In this document: in pieces, positions 36,927 to 49,140 of the stretch
Numbering within the stretch: the first letter of the stretch is position 1
Layout: each line of letters opens with the position of its first letter
NCBI RefSeq assembly: GCF_001194135.2
Contig: NC_068981.1
Span: forward strand, 47,351,486-47,415,485
DNA from: Octopus bimaculoides
Lineage: Eukaryota
Direction: 5' to 3'
Length of the DNA stretch: 64,000 nt
Notes under the pieces: model-generated
Told to the model about the DNA's origin: nothing
Seen by the model: only the letters and a program-made list of their open reading frames with translations
The model's database searches: none
Made by a program: the position numbers and the translations under genes

Positions 36927-38060
36927 TGATATTGTACGTACGTTTGTATATATGTATGTATGTGATCGTGTAAGTGAAGGAATGTGTTGTCATGCATATG
37001 TACCTACATAAATACATATGCATACATCTTTTCGGCGTGTGTGCGTGTGTGTGTGTGAGAATGTGGTGTCTATGTGGCAATCTCTCTTTCTCTCTCTTTC
37101 TCTCTCATGNNNNNNNNNNAGAGAGAATGTGGTGTCTATGTGGCAATCTCTCTTTCTCTCTCTTTCTCTCTCATGCACACATACAAACATACATGCAAGA
37201 AAGATATATATCTATGTATGTACCTATACATGACAACACACACCTTTATTCGCTCTCTCTCTCTCTCTCTCGCTCTCTCTCTCTCGCTTTCTCTATATCT
37301 CGTTCTCTCTCTCACACACACACACATACACACCCATCCATTTCATGTGGTTTTTGTTACTGTATGTATATGTGTGGGTGCGCGCGTGAATGTGTCTAGC
37401 CTTCCCCAATCGCCAGACAAAAAGCACGTAAAGCATTTATAACATTACTTCTCTTCAAGGTAAGGTAGCAAAAAAGTATTGCAGTTGCTGTACCATTGAC
37501 TGGCTTTGATGCCACCATTCTCCCAGAAGTGCGAACATCTCATTCTCCTTTAAAATTACCACTAAACCTGGTCACAAATGACAGTCCAATTTGTAACATA
37601 CGCAAACATTCAGGTTCACTAGAAGTGTTGAGCCAATGCCACCTTATCATTTTGGGATTAATGCACCATGTCACACAGAGGTGCAATGGAAGCTTTTGGT
37701 AAGACTTTCCAAGACATCAGAGGTAACAATAAATCTATGGGAATAGCTACATTAGTTTTATCAGGAGACTTCAGAAAGATATTACTAATCATTCCAAGAA
37801 GAACAAGATCTGATGAAATAAAAGCATGCATTAAGTGTTCCCACCTATAGAATAAAGTAATGAAATTCTCCTTCAGTACTAATGTGCGACATTTATTACA
37901 TGGGGACCAATGTGCAAAAGAGTTTTCAACCTATGTCCTCCAATTGAGAAAATAGGAAAGTACCATTTGATGGGAATGGTGATATCAATTTGGCTTATAT
38001 TGCTATCATGGTGAATCCCTCAGCTGAATTGAAGAACAGGTTATTTCCAGATATAAGTAA
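36345..38060 (+). mobile_element. Helitron remnant with a PIF1-type helicase fragment (~37440-38060)
   Basis: IAVAV..G.DAT.LP..RTSHS.LKLPLN..CNI..C.LII, ..MEAF.KT.QDIR.N..LSGDFR.IL.IIPR.TR.DEI.AC.K.S.L. Confidence 0.8.
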
Positions 38061-38063
38061 TAA

Positions 38064-38397
38064 TTATAATTGTTTCCACAGCGATAATTCTCTTTTCAGT
38101 ACATAAGTCGTTCCAGTTAACACGATTTTTTGCACTTCATGTTCGGATGGTAAGCTTGGAATCATTTTCAAATAGGTTTCAATATCTTTTCTTATCATTC
38201 CTAGAGATCCTACAATCACTGGTATGGTGGTCGCCATCAGATGCCACATATTTTCAATTTCTATTAGCAAATCTTTATATTTACTGATCTTGTCAAATTC
38301 TTTCGCCGCTATATGGTGAACGCAAGGAATACACATTTCAATTAATAAACATCTTTTTTTTGTCTGATCTTTTATAATAATATCCAGTTTATTAGCT

Positions 38398-38398
<1 letters not shown>
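38064..38398 (-). mobile_element. R4/Dong-like RLE domain fragment
   Basis: KEFDKISKYKDLLIEIENMW..IPVIVGSLG..VQKIVLTGT; its 5' side abuts (TTA)n. Confidence 0.8.
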
Positions 38399-38399
<1 letters not shown>

Positions 38400-38471
<72 letters not shown>

Positions 38472-38533
38472 GTAGTAGTAGTAGTAGTAGTGATAGTGGT
38501 AGTGGTAGTAGTATTGGTATTATTATTATTATT
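38400..38533. repeat. Compound (TTA)n/(TAG)n microsatellite
   Basis: Direct reading. Confidence 0.95.
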
Positions 38534-38689
38534 CAGGTCACTGCCTGGAATCAAACGCGGAACCTTGGGGTTAGTAGCCAGCACTCTTAACCACTACGCC
38601 ATATGTCTTCGGGAAGATGGCGTAGTGGTTAAGAGCTAGCTCGGGCTACTAACTCTAAGATTCCGAGTTTAATTCCAGGCAGTGACCTG
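38534..38689. mobile_element. Head-to-head pair of tRNA-like SINE heads (38534-38602 minus; 38611-38689 plus)
   Basis: Both read ATGGCGTAGTGGTTAAGAG..GGCTACTAAC..AAG(G/A)TTCCG(C/A)GTTT(G/A)ATTCCAGGCAGTGACCTG, with A- and B-box-like motifs. Confidence 0.8.
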
Positions 38690-38744
38690 AATAATAATAA
38701 TAAGAAGAAGAAGAACAACAATAACAACAACAAAAGTACTTGAG

Positions 38745-38911
38745 GAATGAGAACCCAGGTTCGAAGTTTCCCCATGACACTTGATGAAGGCTGGAGAGTA
38801 TATCAGCTGAAACATTGTGCTAACAATAAACAAGATGAGGACAAATATCTGTCAAATGTAAATGATGTAAATAATGTACATAATTCCTCATCTCTTAAAT
38901 ATAGAACTGTA
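38745..38911 (+). repeat. Repeat tail carrying a hammerhead-like motif (38776-38820); second copy at 46018-46185
   Basis: ACAC-TTGATGA-AGGCTG-GAGAGTATAT-CAGCT-GAAA-CATT-GTG. Confidence 0.75.
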
Positions 38912-39460
38912 TCATTCTTCACCTTATCAGATGACAGCTGGTGTACTACAAGGCGTCCATTCTTGGATTTCTGCTGCGTGTCATATATATTAACGACACA
39001 TGCTAACTTGAAGAATGTTATATTATTGAAATATGCAGATGACATCTAACAGATTTTAATGGTCAAACAGCTCTTACACGCTATAAAACTTGACTGAAAT
39101 CTCACTTGGATACTATACAACTCAAACTGTGGAAAATGGCGTCACTATGTAATTAATGAGGAAAAGCCAGGCGCTTACATACCCCTTCAACAACACCAGT
39201 ATTAGACAATCACAATATTATTCACCATCTTGAAAAAACAACATTTAGCATTAAAAAAAAAAAATCTGTATATCAAAGCACCCATGACGTATGGAAACAT
39301 TTCTTCACGTTCAGAATTGCTGAAGAATTGAATAAACTACCTGCATCAGTTGTTCGCTTTCGATACACAACATCTTTCAAAATTTGTGTTTCCTGAAATT
39401 TGCCAAAACTACACCTAATACTCATTTTTTGTAGTGCACCTGAGCACTGTATGCAAATGT
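38912..39460 (+). mobile_element. CR1/L2-type LINE, 3' fragment
   Basis: AGVLQG..IYIND-like segment, LKYADD, and a C-terminal KHFFTFRIAEELNKLPASVV..SFK. Confidence 0.7.
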
Positions 39461-39829
39461 TTCATTATTAATATATCATATATATATGAATAGAGATATT
39501 ATTCCTAANNNNNNNNNNNNNNNNNNNNNNNNNNNNNNNNNNNNNNNNNNNNNNNNNNNNNNNNNNNNNNNNNNNNNNNNNNNNNNNNNNNNNNNNNNNN
39601 NNNNNNNNNNNNNNNNNNNNNNNNNNNNNNNNNNNNNNNNNNNNNNNNNNNNNNNNNNNNNNNNNNNNNNNNNNNNNNNNNNNNNNNNNNNNNNNNNNNN
39701 NNNNNNNNNNNNNNNNNNNNNNNNNNNNNNNNNNNNNNNNNNNNNNNNNNNNNNNNNNNNNNNNNNNNNNNNNNNNNNNNNNNNNNNNNNNNNNNNNNNN
39801 NNNNGCAGGTGTATAAACAACAAGTAGGT

Positions 39830-40110
39830 ATATTAGTTTGACGCTCGGAAAACAGAGAAAGTTTTTTTTTATGTTTTCAGCCTACACTCTTCAACAGAGA
39901 GGAGTACGAGGAAATAAAAAAAGGGGGGCACAGTCCACGGAACATGCTCTGGCAAGGGTGGTGAGGGGATATCCACGAAGGATGAAGTGGCGAGCCATGA
40001 GTTGAGACTAGAGAGAGCGAGAGAGAATGTGAGAGGGGAGAGAGAGAGCGAGAGGGGGAGGCAGGGAGACAGAGGAGGATCGATTGATTACTAACATTAA
40101 ACAGATTATT
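39830..40110 (-). repeat. Dispersed repeat (CTGTTGAAGAG(C/T)GTAGGCT.. family); related piece at ~6700-6790
   Basis: Shared ACGCTCGGAA..ACGCTCTTC(A/G)ACAGA segment. Confidence 0.5.
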
Positions 40111-43100
40111 TCTTCTTTAACAACTACAATTTCTAACTTCGAGGACGATCATATGGCTGTTCTCCTGAGTTTGTATCGGTGTTTCTAAATATCACCGAAA
40201 TTGGCTTTTATAAATTTTATAAATTTTGTAAGCTTTTAGTATTAGTCAAACTTTAGAATTTGTCTCTGTACATTTGTTGTAAATACACGCGTACATTGAT
40301 CAAAATAACAGTTATAAATATAATTTTCAATATTAAGTTTTGTCTAGAATTGGAGTATCCTAAAACGAATATCTTATCATAGTGGAATTCTAATTTGAAC
40401 TCACCATTTAACCCGTCCGATTCGTTGCTTTCTGGTGCTATTCACAAATGTTTCGGATTTAAAGTTTAGAAAATCTATCATTACGAATTTTAAAAAAACA
40501 AAAAAACAAAAAAAAAAAAACATTTCATTTATAATTTTCAAACTTTCATAATAACCATTTTCTATGTAAGTAATCTTTTAGTTTTAGATTTTCGGGATTT
40601 TCCCCATTTTGTAATACCTCACATTTAAAAATACTCGAAGGCAGACTTTCTTAATAACTTTTTAATGCATGCTTTTGTAAACGTATGCTGTTCCCCTCAT
40701 CGTACTTTCGGAACACAATCCACAATTTTTTGAAATACTTTTATCTTGAAGTACTTTTATCTTTACTTTTATAGAAAAACATTTGTAAAGCCTACTATAC
40801 ATAAATTGAAATGTCTCTTTAGTTTTAAAAAATTTTTTTTTCGGGATCTGAATTGAGAAGTTTTAAACGGATAAACGAAATTAGGATATTTTTTTCTCGA
40901 AAAGTAAGTATTAAAAGTGGTTTTTAATGTGGAATACTATAATATTGAAGATATATTGTGCGGTACCGCTAGAACAACGAAATTTTGCTTATAGTTAGGT
41001 AAGTCTCGTTCGTCAAGCGATAAAGCTATGTTTCTCACATATGTTAGCTCTGGCAAAGATTAACGATTAGTTCAGGACCTAATATTCGTATGACACCGAG
41101 ACACAGAGATGAGGAATCAGTATTTCGTTTTGGTCAATAGTTAGGGCACTGCATCATCAGTATTTTGAGAGAGTTATGCTTAGTGTGCTTATAGTGCACT
41201 GTGAAATCCATATGAAATTTCTAGATGCAAATAACCTAAGCAGTAGACTTAAGGCATGGAACAACACTGTTATAACAACAATAAATAAAATAAAGACACC
41301 TGCTCTCAATTGTCCACAGATTCAAGCGCCCTGTATTGAGAATAATAAAAAACTTTGAATGTTTGTCGTTGGTCACAGAAGGTCGATGGCTGTTAAAAGG
41401 AAACTACCTGAAAGTTAAGTTTGTAATCCCCTTTTAAAAAAGTTGCTGAATTGTGGCAAGTCTCTTAATATGTTCTTTGTGATGAACCAAGGAACATCAT
41501 GATATTTCTTATATCCAAGTATATTCCCAAATTTCAATGAAATCAATTTGCAACTGGAATGAAATGCGGCTAAATCTTAGCAAAGTAAGATCAGCCGCCT
41601 CCACTTTCCTGTCTATGTTAGTTATTCAAATGTATCATAACCCGTCATCAGATCTTCCAGATTCCCAACCTCTGAACTGGAGAAGAAACAATTGCATAGA
41701 AGATGACGTTCACGTGCATTGTTGAGATATGGATGAGCTGCACAGAGACATGGCTGACAGAGTTCAGGATATGTATGCTTTATTAAAGTAACAATTTGAG
41801 CAATACCTGGGAATCAATAATGAAGAAACAAGAATATTCGACGAACTGATTTCACTTTAAATTAACATTGAACTGAGGCTTAAGTTTAACAAATATCAGT
41901 ACTTTAGGTTACTAAAGGATATTTCAGTCTTCTACCTGCACAGTAGAACACACTTATGATGTACTTCATTACTTTCCCAACATAGTTTTATAGCGTGCTA
42001 AAATAAAGTTGCCTCATTTCTTTGTAAACATTACTGAATTTTCAGTATGATGCCGAGAAGCTGGTATCCCTGTTCAATGTACATATCAGTATGATGAACG
42101 CATCAGTGCGATGCGAAGAAGATGGTATCCCTGTACAATGTACATATATCTCATTAAAAGTGGGAAAACAGCATATTTACTCGTGAAATGAAAATTTACT
42201 CATATTGTTAAAACGGCAAAATAATTGGTTAACTAAGTTATTTGTGAAATAAAGTTGATTTGAATTCAAAATATTATTGCGGTGGTAAGTTTGTAAATGT
42301 GGGAGCACTAAGAATGGGGCCTAGGTGCCAAAGGGGTGGCAGCACCAACAATTTGGGAACCACTAAGATATACGATGAATATGAAAATCATTTATCGTGG
42401 CCCCTATCATAAGTTTTTTCCGAATCTAACAACTATCCAAAATATCTTGAGATTATACCGAATGAAGAAATTAAGTAATCTAAAAATACAAAGTATTAAT
42501 TTTTATGGCATTACATTAGGGAAGATATTAAAAAGCAGTTCCAGAATGAATTATTGTTAAATGCTGTGAAAAAAATAATACAGTTTGCTACATAGTTTGA
42601 ATCTCAATATAAAATAAAAACAAAATGTCCTGCACTATATTTTATTCGGACGGGACAACGAATTCATTAAAATTGATCATCAAACTTCTATGTACCCAAA
42701 ATTAAAAGCTTCCCTAGTCTCTTTGTCCAAATATAATTATTTAGAATAAAATGTTTTTGTTATAACCATGACTCCTTCCATAATTAAGGAATTAAATACG
42801 TCACTTATTATCTTCAATTTACTTGTTGCAGTATTTATAAATGCTACACATAAGGTAATATAAATAAAAAGGAATTCAAAATATTTTCAGATGTCACATT
42901 TTCAGAACATATACATGTAATCTAAAAATTTACTATTTGTTCAAAAAATATGCTGTATATAGATTTGTACTAAAATGTTAGGTTTATTTTTGATTTCAGA
43001 ATTTTTAAAAATCTCAGTGTGTAACAGCCATTAATTGTGTAGTTGAATATATAAAGAAAATGCCTTGTACTTAGAGGGGAAAATCACTTTAAAAGAAATA

Positions 43101-43485
43101 TTGTAATAGGATGAGAGTAGATATCCATGTCAAATATTAATAATGAACAATCATTGGCTTCTAAACGGTTGTAACAGGTTTTGATACTATTTAAATATCA
43201 AATAAAAAAATACAAATAAAAATATTTTATGCTAAATCTGCAGGCGCATTCTTAAAGGAAAATTGTTAAAAAGCATTGCAATGGACTGTGTCTATCTGTG
43301 ACCCAGATTAACGTATATATCTGAATAAGCGAGCAATGTGCGTATGTCTTGGAAGTAAAAATTCTAAGGATTTGGAAAAAGGACATCATATGAACATTTA
43401 AAATGTAAAAGTCTAAAATTGCACTAGTATGTGGTGTGTGTGTATGTATGTGTGAGTATGTGTGTGTGGGGATTTTGTGTGTATG

Positions 43486-43530
<45 letters not shown>

Positions 43531-44748
43531 AGACGTGACAGCACTAAATGGACACCACATAAAACACCGATTTATGTTTACTTTAACTCGAAAAGCTTTA
43601 TATATTTTATAAATTGACTTTTTATGCTTCACATTCCATATCTGACTCTTTAATCATGTCATGTATAAAAGAAGCATTAGGGCGGTCATTCTGAAAGTGT
43701 ACCTGGCATAAAATAGCAGAAAACCTTGGTATCCCGTTTTCTACAGTGCGTAAATTATTTCTTCTTTGGTGCGTTTCCTTTCAACCGCTTCTTGGAATCG
43801 AGTATTGTATTCGGCACATACAGATTTGGCATGACTTCTGATCTGCAAAGCGGCAGTTTGCACTATCATCACTGTGCCAGCAGTCCCCCTTGCAGGTAAA
43901 TTTAGCATATACTCCTGCATTTACTTTATTAACTCCTAAGTCTTTTGTGATTGGGTATACATGGGAAAGAGAGGAGAAAGAGAGGCAGGAAAGAGAGAAA
44001 AGTGAAAGGAATAAGATAAGGGTAAAAGTGTTAAAAAAGGTAATAAAATAAAAAAATAAAAGTATAAAAAATATAAGTAAACGTAATTATAGAGATATCA
44101 TAAATGAGGTTTGTGAGTGGGTTTATATGGGAGAGGGATAACAAAGGACAGAGAGAGAAGGAAATGGAATAAACATAATATAGGGTACATGAGTAAAAAT
44201 CAGAATAAAAGTAAATGTAATGATAGACATAAGTCAGTATTGTATCGGTGTGAGAGGTTAAACGACAAAGGATGATATTATAGTAGTTAGTACAGATATT
44301 TGAATTATATTTCAACCTAATAGCAATTAAATGATACCAGATAGAGGTTTAACTACTAACTTTATAACTTAAGATTGAAAATCAAAAATTATAATTTAAA
44401 ACCTAAACTTCAAAATATAAACTAAGAAAAATAAAATCTAAAAACTACAAAACTAAAACTTTTAAAATGAAACTAGCTAGATCCTAACATGTTTATGTTG
44501 ATAGAAATATAGAGGAAAAAGAAGACATTGCACATGCACATATACGTATATATGGATATAGATATATACATATAGATACATATTCATATACATATATATA
44601 TACACTTTACTGTAACTTAACATTTTGACCTCTCATTTCGATGCAATAATCTGCATATCTGTAACATTTACTTTACTTATATTTTTCAATTTCTCAATTA
44701 TTTCATCTTTTACCCCTATCTTATTTTTATTCTCTTCTCCGGTTTGTT

Positions 44749-44801
<53 letters not shown>

Positions 44802-45228
44802 GTGTATATATATATATATATCTCCCATGCATGCCCATTCACAAAATCTATTTATGTCTATCTTACTTTCTCTCTATATATATACACATTTACAACATGA
44901 ATACATCATATAGAATAATGCCAAAAGAGCGCCTTGATTTACCTGGCATTTTAACTGAGAACATTTAACTTCATAGAAGTACCGATCAACATCCATATCC
45001 TCTAGTAACAGATAAGCTGTGAACTTTATACACCTGCCTATATTCTTCTTAGTACATTTAATCTTTGTTCTTCTATTTTATTCCTCATTAACTGTGAACG
45101 TTATTCCTTGTAAACAGTAAACTTTCCATGTTTAAACTATTCATAACTTGTCTATAATGAGGGAATGTCTAGTGTATGGAAATGCTAAACTACCATTTGG
45201 ATTATCACGGAAATGCTGAAATACTTCA

Positions 45229-45229
<1 letters not shown>

Positions 45230-45278
<49 letters not shown>

Positions 45279-45360
45279 CAATAATATTAATAATGATAAT
45301 CATAATCATAATAATGATAATAATAATAATGATACCAATAATAATAATAATAATAATAAA
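45230..45360. repeat. (TAA)n microsatellite, imperfect
   Basis: Direct reading. Confidence 0.95.
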
Positions 45361-45914
45361 TGCCCGGATGCAGTACCAGGCAGTGGCTCTCATGGCTTCT
45401 GATCGTAATTGATTGGAAGTGTTATCATGTACATTGTTTTGTCCTGGTATAAAAGATGGTCTACAGCAAATATTCTGCTCAGTACCACAGATTTGCTTGT
45501 CAGTTGTTTGACCTTAACCAGTTGAGCATGTGCCTTGGTGGCTGACGATATGTGGATCTCTGATCATGAGCAAAAGTATTGGGGAAGAATCATTGCCATG
45601 TGTTGAGAGGAATTCTTTGGTGTCTGAATAATTCACCTTTGGAAACATGGGTGTTTTGCTCAAAATCCTTAAATAAAATTTGTTCAGGGACCTTTTGAGC
45701 CGGATGGGCTATTCGACCTGAAGAAAATTCTGACTGTGCCCCACCTGCGAGGTCATGTGCTGTTTATCTTGATATGAGATCACCATGTCGCACACATATG
45801 GTTGTGAAGCATGTGCCTGGTCTACCCTTATCAGACGGGTAGTCATGATGGTTGTAATGGGCTTCGTATAATTTACCCCAGTGTCACTTTGATGGCACGC
45901 ACTGCTCTCTCACT
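45360..45914 (+). repeat. Longest copy of the ATGCCCGGATGCAGTACCAGG family, flanked by (TAA)n on both sides
   Basis: Homologous to 2160-2345 and 58645-59120. Confidence 0.8.
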
Positions 45915-45934
45915 CAATAATAATAATAATAATG

Positions 45935-45977
<43 letters not shown>

Positions 45978-46017
45978 GAAGAAGAAGAAGAAGAAGAACA
46001 TCGAAAAAATACGTTAG

Positions 46018-46185
46018 GAATGAGAATCCAGGTTCGAAATTTCCCCCAAGACACCTGATGAAGTCTGGGGGGCATATCAGCCAAAACGTTGTATGAACAA
46101 CAAACAAGATGAGGACATATATCCGTCAAATGTAAATAAAGTAAATAATGTACATAATTCATCAACTTTTAAATATAGAACTGTA
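46018..46185 (+). repeat. Second copy of the hammerhead-bearing repeat tail (motif 46050-46094)
   Basis: ACAC-CTGATGA-AGTCTG-GGGGGCATAT-CAGCC-AAAA-CGTT-GTA; preceded by (AAT)n(AAG)n at 45915-45997. Confidence 0.75.
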
Positions 46186-46469
46186 TTATCGTTTAAAACA
46201 TTTTGTACAGTAAATAAGATATAGGATGTATGAAATACTAAAGTTTAAATTCAGTTTTCCCTGCAATCATTCGCATATACCTTGATCAGCATCTGAATGT
46301 GGCCTAGATAGCAGAAACGAACGAATAACATAGTAGCGTAGGCTTGAGGTAGTAAACCCGCTACTCATGCAAGACTGTAGGAGTTCCAACAAAATCTGTG
46401 ATAAAGATAAAATAATAATAATAATAAGAAGAAGAAGAAGAAGAAGAAGAATGATAATAATAAAGAATA

Positions 46470-46680
46470 TTAGGGACGTCATGAAAGTATAGAAAAGATT
46501 GTGCATTGGACACTGCAACAAGTATGGGCTTCTCAGAGCAAAAACAAAGAAGTGGTATGAACATAAAACCGAAATTGATAATACAATGATCCTATGGGAT
46601 TTCATGATTCAGTGCGACCATGAAATAGAAACTACGAAACGAGACATAGTTTTAATTTAGAAAGAAATCAAATACTAAAG
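46470..46680 (+). mobile_element. R4/Dong-like fragment (post-RT, pre-RLE)
   Basis: RHESIEKIVHW..KWYEHK..ILWDFMIQCDHEIE..DIVL, embedded between TAA/AAG tracts. Confidence 0.7.
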
Positions 46681-46736
<56 letters not shown>

Positions 46737-46779
46737 CAGCTTCGCTACCTCACATGAGTGAAATGAAAAAAAATGAAAT

Positions 46780-49140
46780 ATTGTGAATAACGGTGGTAAT
46801 GAAACTGAAGCTATTAGTGACAGTGTTGCACTCGGAAGGCTCAGAGATTGGTGTCCGGCTCCAGCCTGTCGATATCAAGAAAGAGAGTAATGGTGCTCAA
46901 ATTAGGGGTAACCAACAATGTATGTGTGATCATTGGATCAAAAAGGGATTGTTTCAACTCACGGAACAGAAACTATGCAATCAAGCTTGAGCAATAAGAA
47001 CAAATCTTAGGTCCAGTGAAGTAGAGCTCGAAGCTATCAAAAGACGGGTCTTGGAAAATTGTAGCAGAGATAACGGTGAAAATACAGCTTTTACTAATAG
47101 AAGTAATCTCATAGCACAGTACAAGAGCAGTGGTGGATTACTTAATGAGAGACATATAGATGACTATAAAACTACTTGCGAAATGACAGATCTACAAAAG
47201 GTTATCTACGACAGAAAAAAGGCAAGACTACAGGAGAATGATAACGACATAATTTCCAAGCTTAAAAAAAGGTTAATCGATGGAAATTGACCCAAGAAAC
47301 GAAAAATGTCAATGAAATTCTGAAATACATCAGAACAAACAACAACATAGAAACGTATATTTCGATCAAGGCAGCAGGTATTGTTGTAGCAGAAAGCATG
47401 GGTGTTGATGACATGAATAAGAAATATAATAGGAATGACAAAAGAAAACAGCCATGGTGGAAAACAGAATGCAGGCAAGGTTAGATATGCTTTCGAAGGA
47501 AATGTCTGTGTTAGACTGCAAAGAGAAAGGGGGGTTTAAAAGCGAACAAAAATAGAGGGCGCTGGAAAGGAAGTATGATATTGAAATAAATGGCTTGAAA
47601 ATGGTAATGGAGGAACTGAAACAGCGCCGCGTTGCAAAGAAAGCAAAAATGGTAACATACGTCCAAAGCATGAAGGGTTACTACCAGAATAGGGTATTCA
47701 GAGTAGATCAGAAGAGATTCTATAAATTAATAAATGGAGAGTGTACAGATGAAAAGTTGATACCAGATAACATTCAAAGTCAATGGTTTTAGAGTAACAT
47801 CTAGAGCAAAGACAAGAGCACAAAAAAGATGAAAGAACTGAAACAAAATGTAGACTGCCCCAAACAGGCAGAACTAGATATTTTAATTAAGGAAGTGAAG
47901 GATATCAGCAAAAAAAAAATAGCAACTAGAAGGCCCCGGGACAAGATGGAGTTCAAGGCTACTAGGTCAAAAGATCTGGTGAATGTCATGCACGAAAAGC
48001 TGCGCAATGCAACACCTTGTTAAATGCCGACAAAGTAGTGGGACAGTGCTGTGTTTGAAAAACATCGGAATCAGCAATACGGTAGACAATTACAGGCCGA
48101 TATCCTGTTTGTCATTTATGTAGATGCTATTGCCTGCAATATTCACATAGTAAAGGTACGGATATCTGAGAAAAAAATGCAGTCCTGCCACATGAGCAGG
48201 AGCATTGCAAGCGTAAGTGCAGTGGTACCAAGGATCAACTCCTGATAAACAAAACTGTGTTTAGAAACTGCAAGACGAGGAAAAGGAACTTACCTATGCC
48301 ATGGATCGACTATTGTAAGGCATACGATATGACCCCAAACTCTTGGATAAGAGAATGTATGAACCTATTTGGTATGGCATCAAATGTTGAGCGATTGCTT
48401 AGAAAAAGTATGGCGAATTGTCGCACCTGACAGCATACAGAAGAGGTTTGAGGACAGTAGAAATCAGGAGAGGCATTGGCCAAGGGGAATACAGGTCCCC
48501 ACTTATATTTTGTATTGTGCTCGATACCACTAACCATGATTCTGAGGAAAGCAAAAGCTGGGTATATATTCAAAAGCCGCCAACAAAATGTCAACCATTT
48601 GTTATTCGTGGATAACTTCAAACTGTATGGTAAAGATGAAGCCCAAGTCAGTTCCTTCGTTGAGACGGTGTATATTTTCAGTGTTGATATCAGAAGGAAT
48701 TTCGGACTGAGAAGGTGTGGTGTGCTAGTCTTGAAGAGTGGCAAAATCAAATGTATGAACGGGCTAACGATACCGTTGGGGGAAGTAATGAAGCAAATAG
48801 TCGAGACGGGCTATAAATACTTGGGAATTTTGGAAATAAATTGATGGAGAAAGAAATGACAGAAAAATTTAAGGTGGAGTACTTGCGCAGATTGAATAAG
48901 ATGGAAGCTATCAACGGACGGAATAAGATGGAAGCTATCAACACTTGGACGGTTTCACTACTTAGATATGGAGCTGGGGTAATCACATGGACAGTAAACG
49001 AACTAAACAGCAGCTTAGACAGAAAGACAAGGAAGTTGCTAGACTGATATGGGACTCTCAACCCCAAAATGACACAGACAGACTGTATCTACCAAGAGAT
49101 AAAATGGGGAAGAGGACTCATTGGATTTCGGCATCTTGCG
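46780..49140 (+). mobile_element. R4/Dong-like LINE, N-terminal region plus RT, pseudogenised
   Basis: GLFQLTEQKLCNQA..ELEAIK; GTKDQLLINK..WIDYCKAYD; NHLLFVDNFKLYGK; YKYLGILE; AINTW..LRYGAG..LDRKTRK; GRGLIG. Confidence 0.88.

Noticed and set aside
38534-38689. Functional tRNA genes
   Set aside because: There is no intact acceptor stem, the T-arm is mutated (GTTT instead of GTTC), and the sequences run into SINE tails; they are SINE heads.
40958-40972. Helitron 3' end (GCGGTACCGC followed by TAG)
   Set aside because: The palindrome overlaps the CTAG with no spacer, and the next base is A rather than T.
41140-42365. hAT-type element
   Set aside because: Only a TIR-like TTTGGGAACCACT at ~42352-42364 is present; I found no convincing partner TIR or transposase motif.
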